This document shows positions 11,068 to 19,800 of a DNA stretch of 26,333 nt, one piece after another. How positions within the stretch are numbered: the first letter of the stretch is position 1; the number at the start of each line of letters is the position of its first letter. Below the pieces are notes generated by a model, which worked only from the letters and a program-made list of their open reading frames with translations, searched no databases and was not told the DNA's origin. Position numbers and translations under genes: made by a program. This stretch comes from Candidatus Aenigmatarchaeota archaeon (lineage in GTDB: Archaea; Aenigmatarchaeota; Aenigmatarchaeia; CG10238-14): the NCBI GenBank assembly GCA_044343545.1, contig JAWBZR010000009.1:1-26333 (forward strand), written 5' to 3'.

Positions 11068-11129
11068 AGGCTCAAAAGGTGTCCTCCTCTTCATTTATAC
11101 TCAGAGAGACAGTTCGGCTATCATCGCCT
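11068..11129 (-). ncRNA. box C/D guide sRNA in the 23S leader (predicted Um2552, Am2600)
   Basis: AGGC/GCCU termini; C GCGAUGA, D' CUGA, C' AUGAAGA, D UUGA; guides antisense to 8096-8107 and 8148-8155. Confidence 0.88.
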
Positions 11130-11156
11130 TGCAATTTAATTTTTATAGACTCTAAT

Positions 11157-11164
11157 TATTTAAA
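11157..11164 (-). promoter_or_regulatory. TATA box for the sRNA/pre-23S transcript
   Basis: TTTAAATA about 27 nt upstream of the sRNA 5' stem, with a purine-rich segment further upstream. Confidence 0.6.
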
Positions 11165-11242
11165 TAATTAAGCTTTTCTTTCCATGATGTTTTTGTTCAT
11201 TGAAAGTTAATATCGCTTTTCAAGATACAAATTTCATTATTT

Positions 11243-11497
11243 TTAGCTTTTCAACATCTCCATCATCGTCACAATATTCCATATTTGGGTTCTTGTATAA
11301 GATGGTATGTTCGGATCGTTAGTTATTTCATCCAAGATGGAAATGGCAACACTCAAGCGCACGTCCCAATCTCTTCCATTGTTTTCTGTTATATTTTTTT
11401 TCGCTTCTTCTACAGCTGTTCTTATGTTTCTTGGTACTGTTCTATCTTCTATTATTTCTGTAAGCATTTTCACTATGGGCTCTACGTTCTTTTCCAT
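11243..11497 (-). CDS. UPF0147 family protein
   Basis: IIEDRTVPRNIR...AISILDEITNDPNIPSYTRTQIWNI. Confidence 0.93.
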   Translation of the reverse strand: MEKNVEPIVKMLTEIIEDRTVPRNIRTAVEEAKKNITENNGRDWDVRLSVAISILDEITNDPNIPSYTRTQIWNIVTMMEMLKS

Positions 11498-11509
11498 AAC
11501 GCTCCCACC

Positions 11510-11848
11510 TTAATCTGAGAGCATTTTTTGTATTTTTGGCTCTAGTTCCTTCAGCTTGTCCTCTATCTTTTGTTCAGTTTTTTCAAGTGCGCTTATTCTT
11601 ACTTCTAAATCGCTCAACCTTTCTTCTATCTCTTTTTTAGCTTCTTCAACATCTTTTTTAATCATTATCTGTCCTACTATTTTATAAATTTCTTTTGTTT
11701 CACTTTTTTTTATTTCTTCTAAAGCTCTTTCATTTTCTATGAGCTCCAGTTTACTATTTTCTTTTTGGATCAACACCGCCTGCAATTGTTGCTGCAAAGC
11801 CTGATATTGATTTATGAGTTTTGTAACATCTTCATTCATTTTTTTCAC
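11510..11848 (-). CDS. pfdB: prefoldin beta subunit
   Basis: Coiled coils flanking IYKIVGQIMIK; follows pcc1; start may be ATG 11839. Confidence 0.93.
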   Translation of the reverse strand: MKKMNEDVTKLINQYQALQQQLQAVLIQKENSKLELIENERALEEIKKSETKEIYKIVGQIMIKKDVEEAKKEIEERLSDLEVRISALEKTEQKIEDKLKELEPKIQKMLSD

Positions 11849-12056
11849 CTATTTTATTTATCACATCTATTAATGTCAAATAAGAATTTATTATTCCTTT
11901 TATGTGACTTGTTTTTGTACCTTGAATTTCTATCCATAGCTTATTTTTTGTATTTTTAAATTTCACTTTCACGTTTTCGTCATTTTTGGCATCCGGCTCT
12001 AAACTCTTTCTTATCTTTTCGGCATCTACTGACTCTATTTCCAATATAACTTTCAT
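11832..12056 (-). CDS. pcc1: KEOPS complex subunit Pcc1
   Basis: AEKIRKSLEPD...LWIEI...IKGIINSYL; conserved rpoP-pcc1-pfdB context. Confidence 0.88.
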   Translation of the reverse strand: MKVILEIESVDAEKIRKSLEPDAKNDENVKVKFKNTKNKLWIEIQGTKTSHIKGIINSYLTLIDVINKIGEKNE

Positions 12057-12082
12057 TCAACTATTTTTTGCTTTTATCAGTT

Positions 12083-12211
12083 TTAAGCCTTTACTCTTTT
12101 CACAACTTTTGGTCTCATTTTTACAAATATCCTATAACCGCAGTACGGACATCTTATTTTACTTTCAATCTTTTCGATGATCTTTCCACATTGCAAGCAT
12201 TTATAGCTCAC
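12083..12211 (-). CDS. rpoP: RNA polymerase subunit P (Rpo12)
   Basis: YKCLQCG...[19 protein letters not shown] start at 12211 overlaps the rpl37ae stop, preceded by GAGGTG. Confidence 0.93.
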   Translation of the reverse strand: MSYKCLQCGKIIEKIESKIRCPYCGYRIFVKMRPKVVKRVKA

Positions 12212-12438
12212 GCCACCACCTCTTTCGTAGGTACAAAGGCGCCACCAGCAAATTTCGTTCCACACTTTTTACATTTCCATATACCGGCGGCAACCCTCTT
12301 AACCGCATTTTTTTTGCAAGAAGGGCATTGATGTTTTTGTTTTTGTACCTTTTCTATTTCTCTTACAGCTTCTTTAATTTTTCCACCGTATCTTGCCCCA
12401 AACCTTCCAGTCGTTCCAACCTTTTTTGTTCTTCCCAT
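12208..12438 (-). CDS. rpl37ae: 50S ribosomal protein L37ae (eL43)
   Basis: [19 protein letters not shown]...[15 protein letters not shown]. Confidence 0.98.
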   Translation of the reverse strand: MGRTKKVGTTGRFGARYGGKIKEAVREIEKVQKQKHQCPSCKKNAVKRVAAGIWKCKKCGTKFAGGAFVPTKEVVA

Positions 12439-12440
12439 TT

Positions 12441-12701
12441 CTATCTCCTTATCCTAAACTCTCTTTTTTCAGATATTTGCGAAAGTATTTTTTTCATTTG
12501 CTCATCGCTAATAATACCTTTTATTTGTCCAAGTTGATAAAGCCTTATAAGATAAACCTCCAATTGAGTTGCAATATCAGGTTTTACTAACTTTAGCCTC
12601 TTTAATCTTTCATTGGCTTCTTTACTCAAAATTCTACTCAAAATTACTCTTCTAACATTTTCACTTTCCATCTTTTTTTCAACATCTTCTATTTCAACCA
12701 C
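12441..12701 (-). CDS. PDCD5/TFAR19-like DNA-binding protein
   Basis: [51 protein letters not shown]; follows rps19e. Confidence 0.92.
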   Translation of the reverse strand: MVEIEDVEKKMESENVRRVILSRILSKEANERLKRLKLVKPDIATQLEVYLIRLYQLGQIKGIISDEQMKKILSQISEKREFRIRR

Positions 12702-13122
12702 TTTTTATCTCCTCCACTATTTTTGCTACAAATCTTCTTCCTTTTTCAGTTAATCTTCTTCCTTTTTTACCTTGCTTGTTTTGCTCAACAAGTCCTGCTT
12801 TTTCTAATTGCTGTAATATTTTTCTTATAGCATTTCCGCTTGCTTTTTTAAACTTTTCTGGTTTATGTCCCCTTTCTTTTCTACCTCCATAAAAAGTTCT
12901 AAGCCTAGAAACCCCTACAGGACCATCAAGTGCTATTCTTCTTATGAGCGAAGCAGCCCTTGTATACCACCAATCAGGTTCATGAGGAGGATATTTTCTA
13001 TGTGGGCCTGTTTTTGCATATTTAGCCCATTCAGGCATTTGAATTTCCTTTATTTTTTTTAATTCTTCCTTACATTTCTTTACAAAATCCTGACTTTTGA
13101 CTTGCATTAATAACTCTCTCAC
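12694..13122 (-). CDS. rps19e: 30S ribosomal protein S19e
   Basis: PEWAKYAKTG..PP..PDWWYTRAAS..GPVGVSRLRTFYGG..IRKILQQLE; start uncertain (13137, 13122 or 13107). Confidence 0.96.
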   Translation of the reverse strand: MRELLMQVKSQDFVKKCKEELKKIKEIQMPEWAKYAKTGPHRKYPPHEPDWWYTRAASLIRRIALDGPVGVSRLRTFYGGRKERGHKPEKFKKASGNAIRKILQQLEKAGLVEQNKQGKKGRRLTEKGRRFVAKIVEEIKSG

Positions 13123-13126
13123 CCTT

Positions 13127-13390
13127 TCACACCTCACTCTTACCTGAAAGTAATATATATGCTGTCGTTGAAACCACTATTATCAACCCACCAGCTATTA
13201 GCAATAACATCAAAATTATTACATGAAAAGTATTTATTTTGCATATATTTACGTTATCTTTTATGCACAAGATTCTAATCTTATACAAGTTATCAAAGAT
13301 ATAGGCAAGCACAAAAATTGCAACAAAAACTACGGCCAAGCCAAAAATTACAAGTTTGGTATTAATGTTTTCTGTCATTCTTATCATCAT
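13127..13390 (-). CDS. hypothetical two-TM membrane protein
   Basis: Two hydrophobic helices; packed between rnp4 and rps19e; start uncertain. Confidence 0.65.
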   Translation of the reverse strand: MMIRMTENINTKLVIFGLAVVFVAIFVLAYIFDNLYKIRILCIKDNVNICKINTFHVIILMLLLIAGGLIIVVSTTAYILLSGKSEV

Positions 13391-13697
13391 CTTTATACGG
13401 TATTCTAATAATATTACCACAACTTTTACATATAATATTTAATGTTTTTTTGCTCGAATCCAATCTATGCAAACATGTCTTTCCGGCAATCAAAGGTATG
13501 TTACAATTTTTGCAAAAAGTTCTCTTCAGCTTACCTAACCTCACGTTATATCTCAATCCTATTTTCCTTGCCAACTGTATGTATCTCTTTGCCCTTTCGG
13601 GATGTTTCTCCACTATTTTCCTTGCCAAGGATAACAATATGCCTATACGTTCTTTTGCTATTTGTATTTGCCATCTAGGTTTTTTTCCTCTTTTCAT
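13362..13697 (-). CDS. rnp4: RNase P protein component 4 (Rpp21)
   Basis: IAKERI..L...AKRYIQLARKI..KRTFCKNC...CKSCG.IIRIP. Confidence 0.95.
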   Translation of the reverse strand: MKRGKKPRWQIQIAKERIGILLSLARKIVEKHPERAKRYIQLARKIGLRYNVRLGKLKRTFCKNCNIPLIAGKTCLHRLDSSKKTLNIICKSCGNIIRIPYKDDDKNDRKH

Positions 13698-13741
13698 CAA
13701 ATTAATTTTTTAATTAATTTAATTTGAGTTTTTGCATAGAC

Positions 13742-13767
13742 ATACACTCAATACACTCATTTATAAA
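13742..13767 (+). promoter_or_regulatory. tandem 9-nt repeat plus TATA box
   Basis: ATACACTCA twice (13742-13759) directly followed by TTTATAAA. Confidence 0.45.
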
Positions 13768-13858
13768 TCTTAATCTTTCTAAATATTATTTGAAAAGAAA
13801 GAGTTTGGCTTAAAGCTATTCTCTTTCTTTTAAAACAAGAAAAAGGTGAAGGTATAAA

Positions 13859-14020
13859 ATGTCGTTTGGAAAAAGATTCGGACAAGTTGGTTTTGTGCCT
13901 AAAAAAATGTACAAAGCAACTTGCTCCGATTGCGGAAAGGAAACAAAGGTACCTTTTAAACCAAAAGAAGATAGGCCCGTCTATTGTAAGGAATGCTATC
14001 AAAAGCATAAAAAATTCTAA
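13859..14020 (+). CDS. CxxC-x17-CxxC zinc-ribbon protein (53 aa, absent from the ORF track)
   Basis: MSFGKRFGQVGFVPKKMYKATCSDCGKETKVPFKPKEDRPVYCKECYQKHKKF; AGGTGA RBS. Confidence 0.92.
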   Translation: MSFGKRFGQVGFVPKKMYKATCSDCGKETKVPFKPKEDRPVYCKECYQKHKKF

Positions 14021-14036
14021 TTTGCTTTTGATAGTC

Positions 14037-14059
14037 TTTTTTTTATTTTTTTTATTTTT
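14037..14059 (+). terminator. oligo-T terminator
   Basis: T8-A-T8-A-T5 just after the CxxC gene stop. Confidence 0.55.
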
Positions 14060-14085
14060 CAAAACCATTTAGCATTATTTTTCTA

Positions 14086-14160
14086 TGGACCCGGAGGGAT
14101 TCGAACCCTCGACCATCTGCTTAGAAGGCAGCCGCTCTATCCAAGCTGAGCTACGGGTCC
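14086..14160 (-). tRNA. tRNA-Arg(UCU), intronless, CCA not encoded
   Basis: GGACCCG/CGGGUCC acceptor stem, anticodon loop CUUCUAA, GGUUCGAAUCC T-arm. Confidence 0.96.
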
Positions 14161-14232
14161 TTTATGCTTTTAAATATTTTTGTTGATAATTTTTAAATTT
14201 TGCAATAATTAATTTTATTAAAGGCGATTCAT

Positions 14233-16887
14233 ATTGTTGACCACAAATCTATTGAGCAAAAATGGAAAAACAGGTGGTTAAAGAAAAAAATATTTGAAGC
14301 AGACCCAGATAGCAGAGAAAAATGTTTTGTAACTTTTGCATTTCCTTATGTTAATGGTCCGCTCCATCTTGGTCATAGCTTTACTGCCACAAGGATAGAT
14401 GTGTACGCACGATTCAAAAGAATGCAAGGTTTCAACGTCCTCTTTCCATTTGGTTTTCATGCAACAGGTGAACCCATACTGGGGGTTGTAGAAAGATTAA
14501 AGAAGGGTGATGAATCTCAAAAGCAAATTCTTTTAAGAGAGGGAATAAAGGAAAAGGATATAGAAAAATTCAAGGACCCTGTATTTATAGTCAGATTTTG
14601 GCAAAAAAGAATAGAAAATGACGCAAATAGTTTGGGGTTATCAGTTGATTGGAGAAGAAAATTTACCACAATAGACCCAAGCTTTAACCGTTTTATAGAA
14701 TGGCAGTATAATACTCTTAAAAACAAAGGTTATGTGATTCAAGCCACTCATCCAGTTGTTTGGTGTCCGCATTGCAAAAGCCCAACCGGAGATCATGACA
14801 GATTGGTAGGTGAAGGTGAAAGTCCAATAGAATATATAGTGATAAAGTTTAGAATGAAAGATAAAATTTTACCCGCAGCGACATTAAGACCTGAAACCGT
14901 TTTTGGTGTCACTAACATTTGGGTTAGACCAGATGGAGAGTATGTGATTGCTGAAGTTGATGGAGAGGAATGGATAGTAGTAGAATCTGCTTTAAAGAAA
15001 TTAAAAGACCAACTTCATCAGGTAAAAGAGAAAGTTAGAATAAAGGGAAAGGAGTTGGTTGGCAAGTATGCTGAAAATCCTGTCACGAATACGTCTGTGA
15101 TCATCTTACCTGCTTCTTTTGTTGATTTGAATAACGCTACAGGTATTGTAATGTCTGTTCCCGCACATGCACCTTACGATTGGATAGCTTTGGAAGATTT
15201 GAAAAATAGCGATGCTTTAGCCAAGGAGTATGGCATAGATTTAAAAGACATCAAAAAAATAAAACCAATAAAACTCATAGATACGCCTGGCCTCGGCGAT
15301 GTCCCCGCTGAGGAATTTTGCAAAAAATTCGATATAAAAAGTCAATTGGATAAAGAAAATTTAGACAAGGCTACAGCAGAGATCTACAAGAAAGAGTTTC
15401 ATCAAGGAACGTTAAACAACCTTACAGGAAAGTATTCAGGAATGCAAGTTAGCAAATGTAAAAAAGAGCTTGCGAAGGATTTCAAGCAACAAAACATAGC
15501 TTCTTCTATTTGGGAATTAACAGGTAAGGTTATATGTAGGTGCACGACTGAAGCTCACGTAAAGATATTAGAAAATCAATGGTTTTTGAAATTTTCTGAT
15601 CCTGAATGGAAAAAGTTGGCTAAAAAGTGTGTAGCACAAATGAAATTTTATCCGGAAGAGGCGAGAAAACAATTTGAAGAAATAATTGATTGGTTGGAAG
15701 ATAAGGCATGCGCACGTCGGTCTGGATTGGGAACAAGATTACCGTGGGATCCTGAATGGATTGTGGAAACACTTTCTGATAGCGTCATTTACATGGCGTT
15801 TTATACCATATCAAAGTATATTAATCAATACAAAATCGAGCCCCACTATTTAAAGGAGGAAGTTTTTGACTACATATTTCTTGGAAAAGGTGACCCAAAA
15901 AATATAGCTAATAAAGGCATAAGTAAGGATTTACTTGAAAAGATGAGAAAGGAATTTGATTATTGGTATGGTCAGGATATGAGAGCTTCTGCAAAAGAGC
16001 TTATACCAAATCACTTTACTTATTCTATATTTCATCATGTAGCAATTTGGCCTGATGAACCAAAGAGGTGGCCAAAAGCTTACACAATTAATGGCATGCA
16101 ACAAATGTATGGTCAAAAGATGTCAAAGAGTAAAGGAAATTACATCACTATACAAGAGGCGATAGAAAAATATAGCGCGGATGCCATGAGAATTACGCTT
16201 ATGGATTCGACAGAAGGTATGGATGACCCGGATTGGACAGAAAAGGCTACGATAGCTTGGCGAAACAAGCTAGATCATATCTACAAAATCGTAAAGGATA
16301 ACTATGGGAAAGGAAAGAAGGAAGTAAAGCTTGACAAGTGGTTGATTTCAAGAATGCAAGAGCATATAAAATCCATTACAGAACATTTGGAGAATGTTAG
16401 AACAAAATCTGCTGTTACAGTTTTGCATTTGATGCTTAATGACATTCAGTGGTATTTGAGAAGAACCCCAGTTGGTAAAGGTTTTGATTATGCCATAGAA
16501 GTTTTTATTAAATGTCTATCACCATTCGCACCATTCATATGCGAAGAAATGTGGGAACAAATGGGTAAAAAAGGATTTATTTCCTTGGCTGAGTGGCCAA
16601 AAGTTGATAGAGAAGTAGATAAAGAAATATTACAATTGGAGAATTTTGTGAAAACCTTGTGTGAAGACTTGAATGAAGTTATAAAGTTGGCAGGAAAAAA
16701 AGAGAAGTTGTATTTATTCGCTGCTTCACCAAAGGAGTTTGAATATTACACTGAAACCAAAGAATTTTTCAAGAAGGAGTTTGGATTTAAAGAAGTAGTT
16801 GTTGAAAAGGCTTCAGAAGCAACATATGATCCAGAAGGAAAGGCTAAAAGGGCAAAATTCGGAAAGCCAGGAATTTATTTAGAATAG
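14233..16887 (+). CDS. leuS: leucyl-tRNA synthetase (archaeal type), probable ATT start
   Basis: FPYVNGPLHLGH (upstream of the ORF-track start), ATLRPET, TGIVMSVPAHAPYD, ETLSDSVIYMA, KMSKSKGN. Confidence 0.96.
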   Translation: MVDHKSIEQKWKNRWLKKKIFEADPDSREKCFVTFAFPYVNGPLHLGHSFTATRIDVYARFKRMQGFNVLFPFGFHATGEPILGVVERLKKGDESQKQILLREGIKEKDIEKFKDPVFIVRFWQKRIENDANSLGLSVDWRRKFTTIDPSFNRFIEWQYNTLKNKGYVIQATHPVVWCPHCKSPTGDHDRLVGEGESPIEYIVIKFRMKDKILPAATLRPETVFGVTNIWVRPDGEYVIAEVDGEEWIVVESALKKLKDQLHQVKEKVRIKGKELVGKYAENPVTNTSVIILPASFVDLNNATGIVMSVPAHAPYDWIALEDLKNSDALAKEYGIDLKDIKKIKPIKLIDTPGLGDVPAEEFCKKFDIKSQLDKENLDKATAEIYKKEFHQGTLNNLTGKYSGMQVSKCKKELAKDFKQQNIASSIWELTGKVICRCTTEAHVKILENQWFLKFSDPEWKKLAKKCVAQMKFYPEEARKQFEEIIDWLEDKACARRSGLGTRLPWDPEWIVETLSDSVIYMAFYTISKYINQYKIEPHYLKEEVFDYIFLGKGDPKNIANKGISKDLLEKMRKEFDYWYGQDMRASAKELIPNHFTYSIFHHVAIWPDEPKRWPKAYTINGMQQMYGQKMSKSKGNYITIQEAIEKYSADAMRITLMDSTEGMDDPDWTEKATIAWRNKLDHIYKIVKDNYGKGKKEVKLDKWLISRMQEHIKSITEHLENVRTKSAVTVLHLMLNDIQWYLRRTPVGKGFDYAIEVFIKCLSPFAPFICEEMWEQMGKKGFISLAEWPKVDREVDKEILQLENFVKTLCEDLNEVIKLAGKKEKLYLFAASPKEFEYYTETKEFFKKEFGFKEVVVEKASEATYDPEGKAKRAKFGKPGIYLE

Positions 16888-16891
16888 AATT

Positions 16892-19800
16892 TTATTTCAT
16901 ATTTTGCAATTTTCTTTCAATTTCTTCTAACTTTTCTTGATTTCTCTTCTTTAATTCTTCGTAAGCTTCTTTTGAGATGATTCCCTCTCTCATTTCTGCA
17001 TCTAACAAAGCGATTACCTTGTTGATCTTTTCTTTTTCTTCAATTAAGGCTTGTTTTTCCGCCGACTCTTTCTTTAATGCTTCTACAACCATTTCTACTT
17101 CTGTTTTCTCTTTCTTGAAAAGTTTGCTGAAATCTATTATCTTCTTCTTTATCATAAACACTAATATCGCGCTCATCAAAATTAAAACTATCAATATCAT
17201 CAAGAAAGTGGATAAGGGCAAGCCAGGCAAGACCATAGGTTTGGCTTTGGATAATTTCGGAAACATTTCCCTCGCTCTATTTATTAAATTGCTGGCGGCT
17301 ATTATTTTTTCCAAAGCGTTATCATAATCTTTTCTTTCCATCAGCGATTGAGCATCATCAATATTTTTCTTTGCTTCGTTTAACAGCAATAAAACAGGAG
17401 AAACATCTTTTCCATCCTTTTTTGCTTGCTCAGTTTTGTTTAACACATCATCATATTCCTTTTTCACTTTCTCTATCTCATATTTAAGCAATTCTTCTCT
17501 TGATGAAAATACAAACAAAATACCAGTTTTTTCATCGCTGGTCTCATTGCTTAAGGCGATTATCTTGAAAGGATATTCTTTTGTCCTTTCATTGTAAGGT
17601 ATAGTTATTCTTAGAGAGAATATCGCAACTTCGTTGGGCTTTAAATTTGTAACATTTTCTGGGTCAATTACATACCAAGTTTTAGGTATTCCTGTAATTA
17701 AAATTTTAATATCGCTTAAAATAACATTTCCCGTATTTTTTACCTTTATTGTCGGGTACCTTGCCCAACCACTCTCAATTCCTATTTCTGTTGGATAATC
17801 TATTATGCTTATTTTGCTTACCTTTTCTTCGATTGGTGGAGGTTTTTCTGTTACAGCTGTGGCTGGCGGAGCTCCAGGCGGTCCAGAAGGGGTAGGCGGA
17901 AGAGTAGGAGCGGCCGGTACAACCATAAATGTAACGTTCTTTTTTATTGGTTGTTGCAAGAGATCATAAGTAACCTTAACGTTTAACCAATACATTCCCG
18001 GTTGTTGTGTGCTAAATATGAACGCCTTTCTTGGAAAGCTTTGGTTCGTATAAGCAGGTGTGTACAAAGCTTCGGAATTATAATAATAGATTTTACCTAA
18101 ACTATCACTAACCCAATATTCGACGTCAACATCCTGCGATGTTTCACCTTTGTTTTCTATTATCAAGTCAAAGTCTAGATAATCACCTACAGGCACTTCT
18201 GTATCTATTAATTGCAGGCGAACGTCGTAAGGTCCACCGGAAGCTACTCTGAAAGGAAATATATCTCTCGTAATCAAAGCATCTTTTCTAGCCTCCACAA
18301 CAGCTCTGAAAGCTCCTGTCGAAGTGTTTAATGGCATGGCAAAATTATAAGTATAATAACCAGTTGCTTGCTTATTCAAATTCTGTTTACTGACAGCAAA
18401 ATAAACATTATCTGCAGGATCATAAACTGTCAAGTTAATCTCGTCTGGATCAACAACATAACCATAATTATTATAGAAATTCAAAGAAAACTTCATAACA
18501 TTTTGAGGATACCAAACGACTGTTGTTGCCACATCAACGAAAAGACCATTACCCATTGGTTGATAGACATAAAAGTTTATTTGTTTGCTACCATTTATCT
18601 GTTTTTTTGTCAAGGAATCATACCAACTTGCGTTGGCATATAAAGTATACAACCCTGTTGGTGCATCAGAAGCCAAGGTGAATTGTCTCTGCTCTTCTAA
18701 TATTTCACCGTACTGATTTGTAATTTGACTTCTATTAAAAGTTATGTTGTTATTAGCATTTATCATAACGATTGATACATTACTGAAAGGCAATTCCTCT
18801 CCATAAACATCATGAACACGCAAATAATAAGTGGCTGTTTGGCCTTGATAGTGATTTCCCGTATCAAGTGTTATAGACATGTTGGGATAAACTAAAAAGT
18901 ATGTTGTCGTATTACCTTCATTGCCAACATTATCAAAACTTTTTATCAAAATGCTATAATTACCTCTTTGCAATGTAGATCCCCAAGTGGAAGGATAACT
19001 AACAACCCAACTAGAATTTTCTGAGGAATTCCAATATCTCGTCATGTTCGCTTTATATTCTATTCCTTTGGGAGTATAGACAAAAACCGTTGTAAAGTTT
19101 ATTCCTTTTCCAGATTGATCTGTGATGTTTGCATATATAGTTATATTTCCTCCCTGATGAATCGTGTTTTCACTTAAATAAGCATACACTATTGGATAAA
19201 TCAAAGGACTCAAAAATACTTTCAAAAATTCCTTATCCGGATAAGCACTTGCATTAATTGCATCTACAACATATGTGGAATTAAAGTAACCCTTATTGAT
19301 GTTGGTAACATCATACAAGACAGAGAATGCGTGTGTTTGCGTAGGTAAAACAGTAAAGTTGGTTTGATTAACCCAGGTGTAGTTTGCGGAAGGCGGAGAG
19401 ATGATAAAGTATATTGGTAAATTACCTGTGTTGTTGATAATAACTTCACAAGCAACGCCATTTTCAGGAAATTCTAGATGATAACATTCTGTTGGTGTCA
19501 TGTTCCAAGTCATGCTTGGTGGTACTTGAATATTTATAGAAATGTTTTTATAGCCATCTGAGCTATTGATAATGAGATAGCCACTATATATTCCAGGGGG
19601 ATAACCATAAGGAATAAAAACATTTACATCTATTTTACTATCAAAACCACTATAGAGTATTGTTGTGTTTGGTTCTAAACTAAAAACAAAATCATCCAAG
19701 TTATAAAACTCGTAAGTAATGTTTTCAACAGGGTCATTACCTAATGAATAAATTGTGAAATTTCCAAGATAAGTTGAATTACCATGCGTTGCCGCGACAT

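Noticed and set aside
13757..14072. ORF-track ORFs 13757-14068(-) and 13866-14072(+)
   Set aside because: They overlap the clearly recognisable CxxC-x17-CxxC gene in another frame
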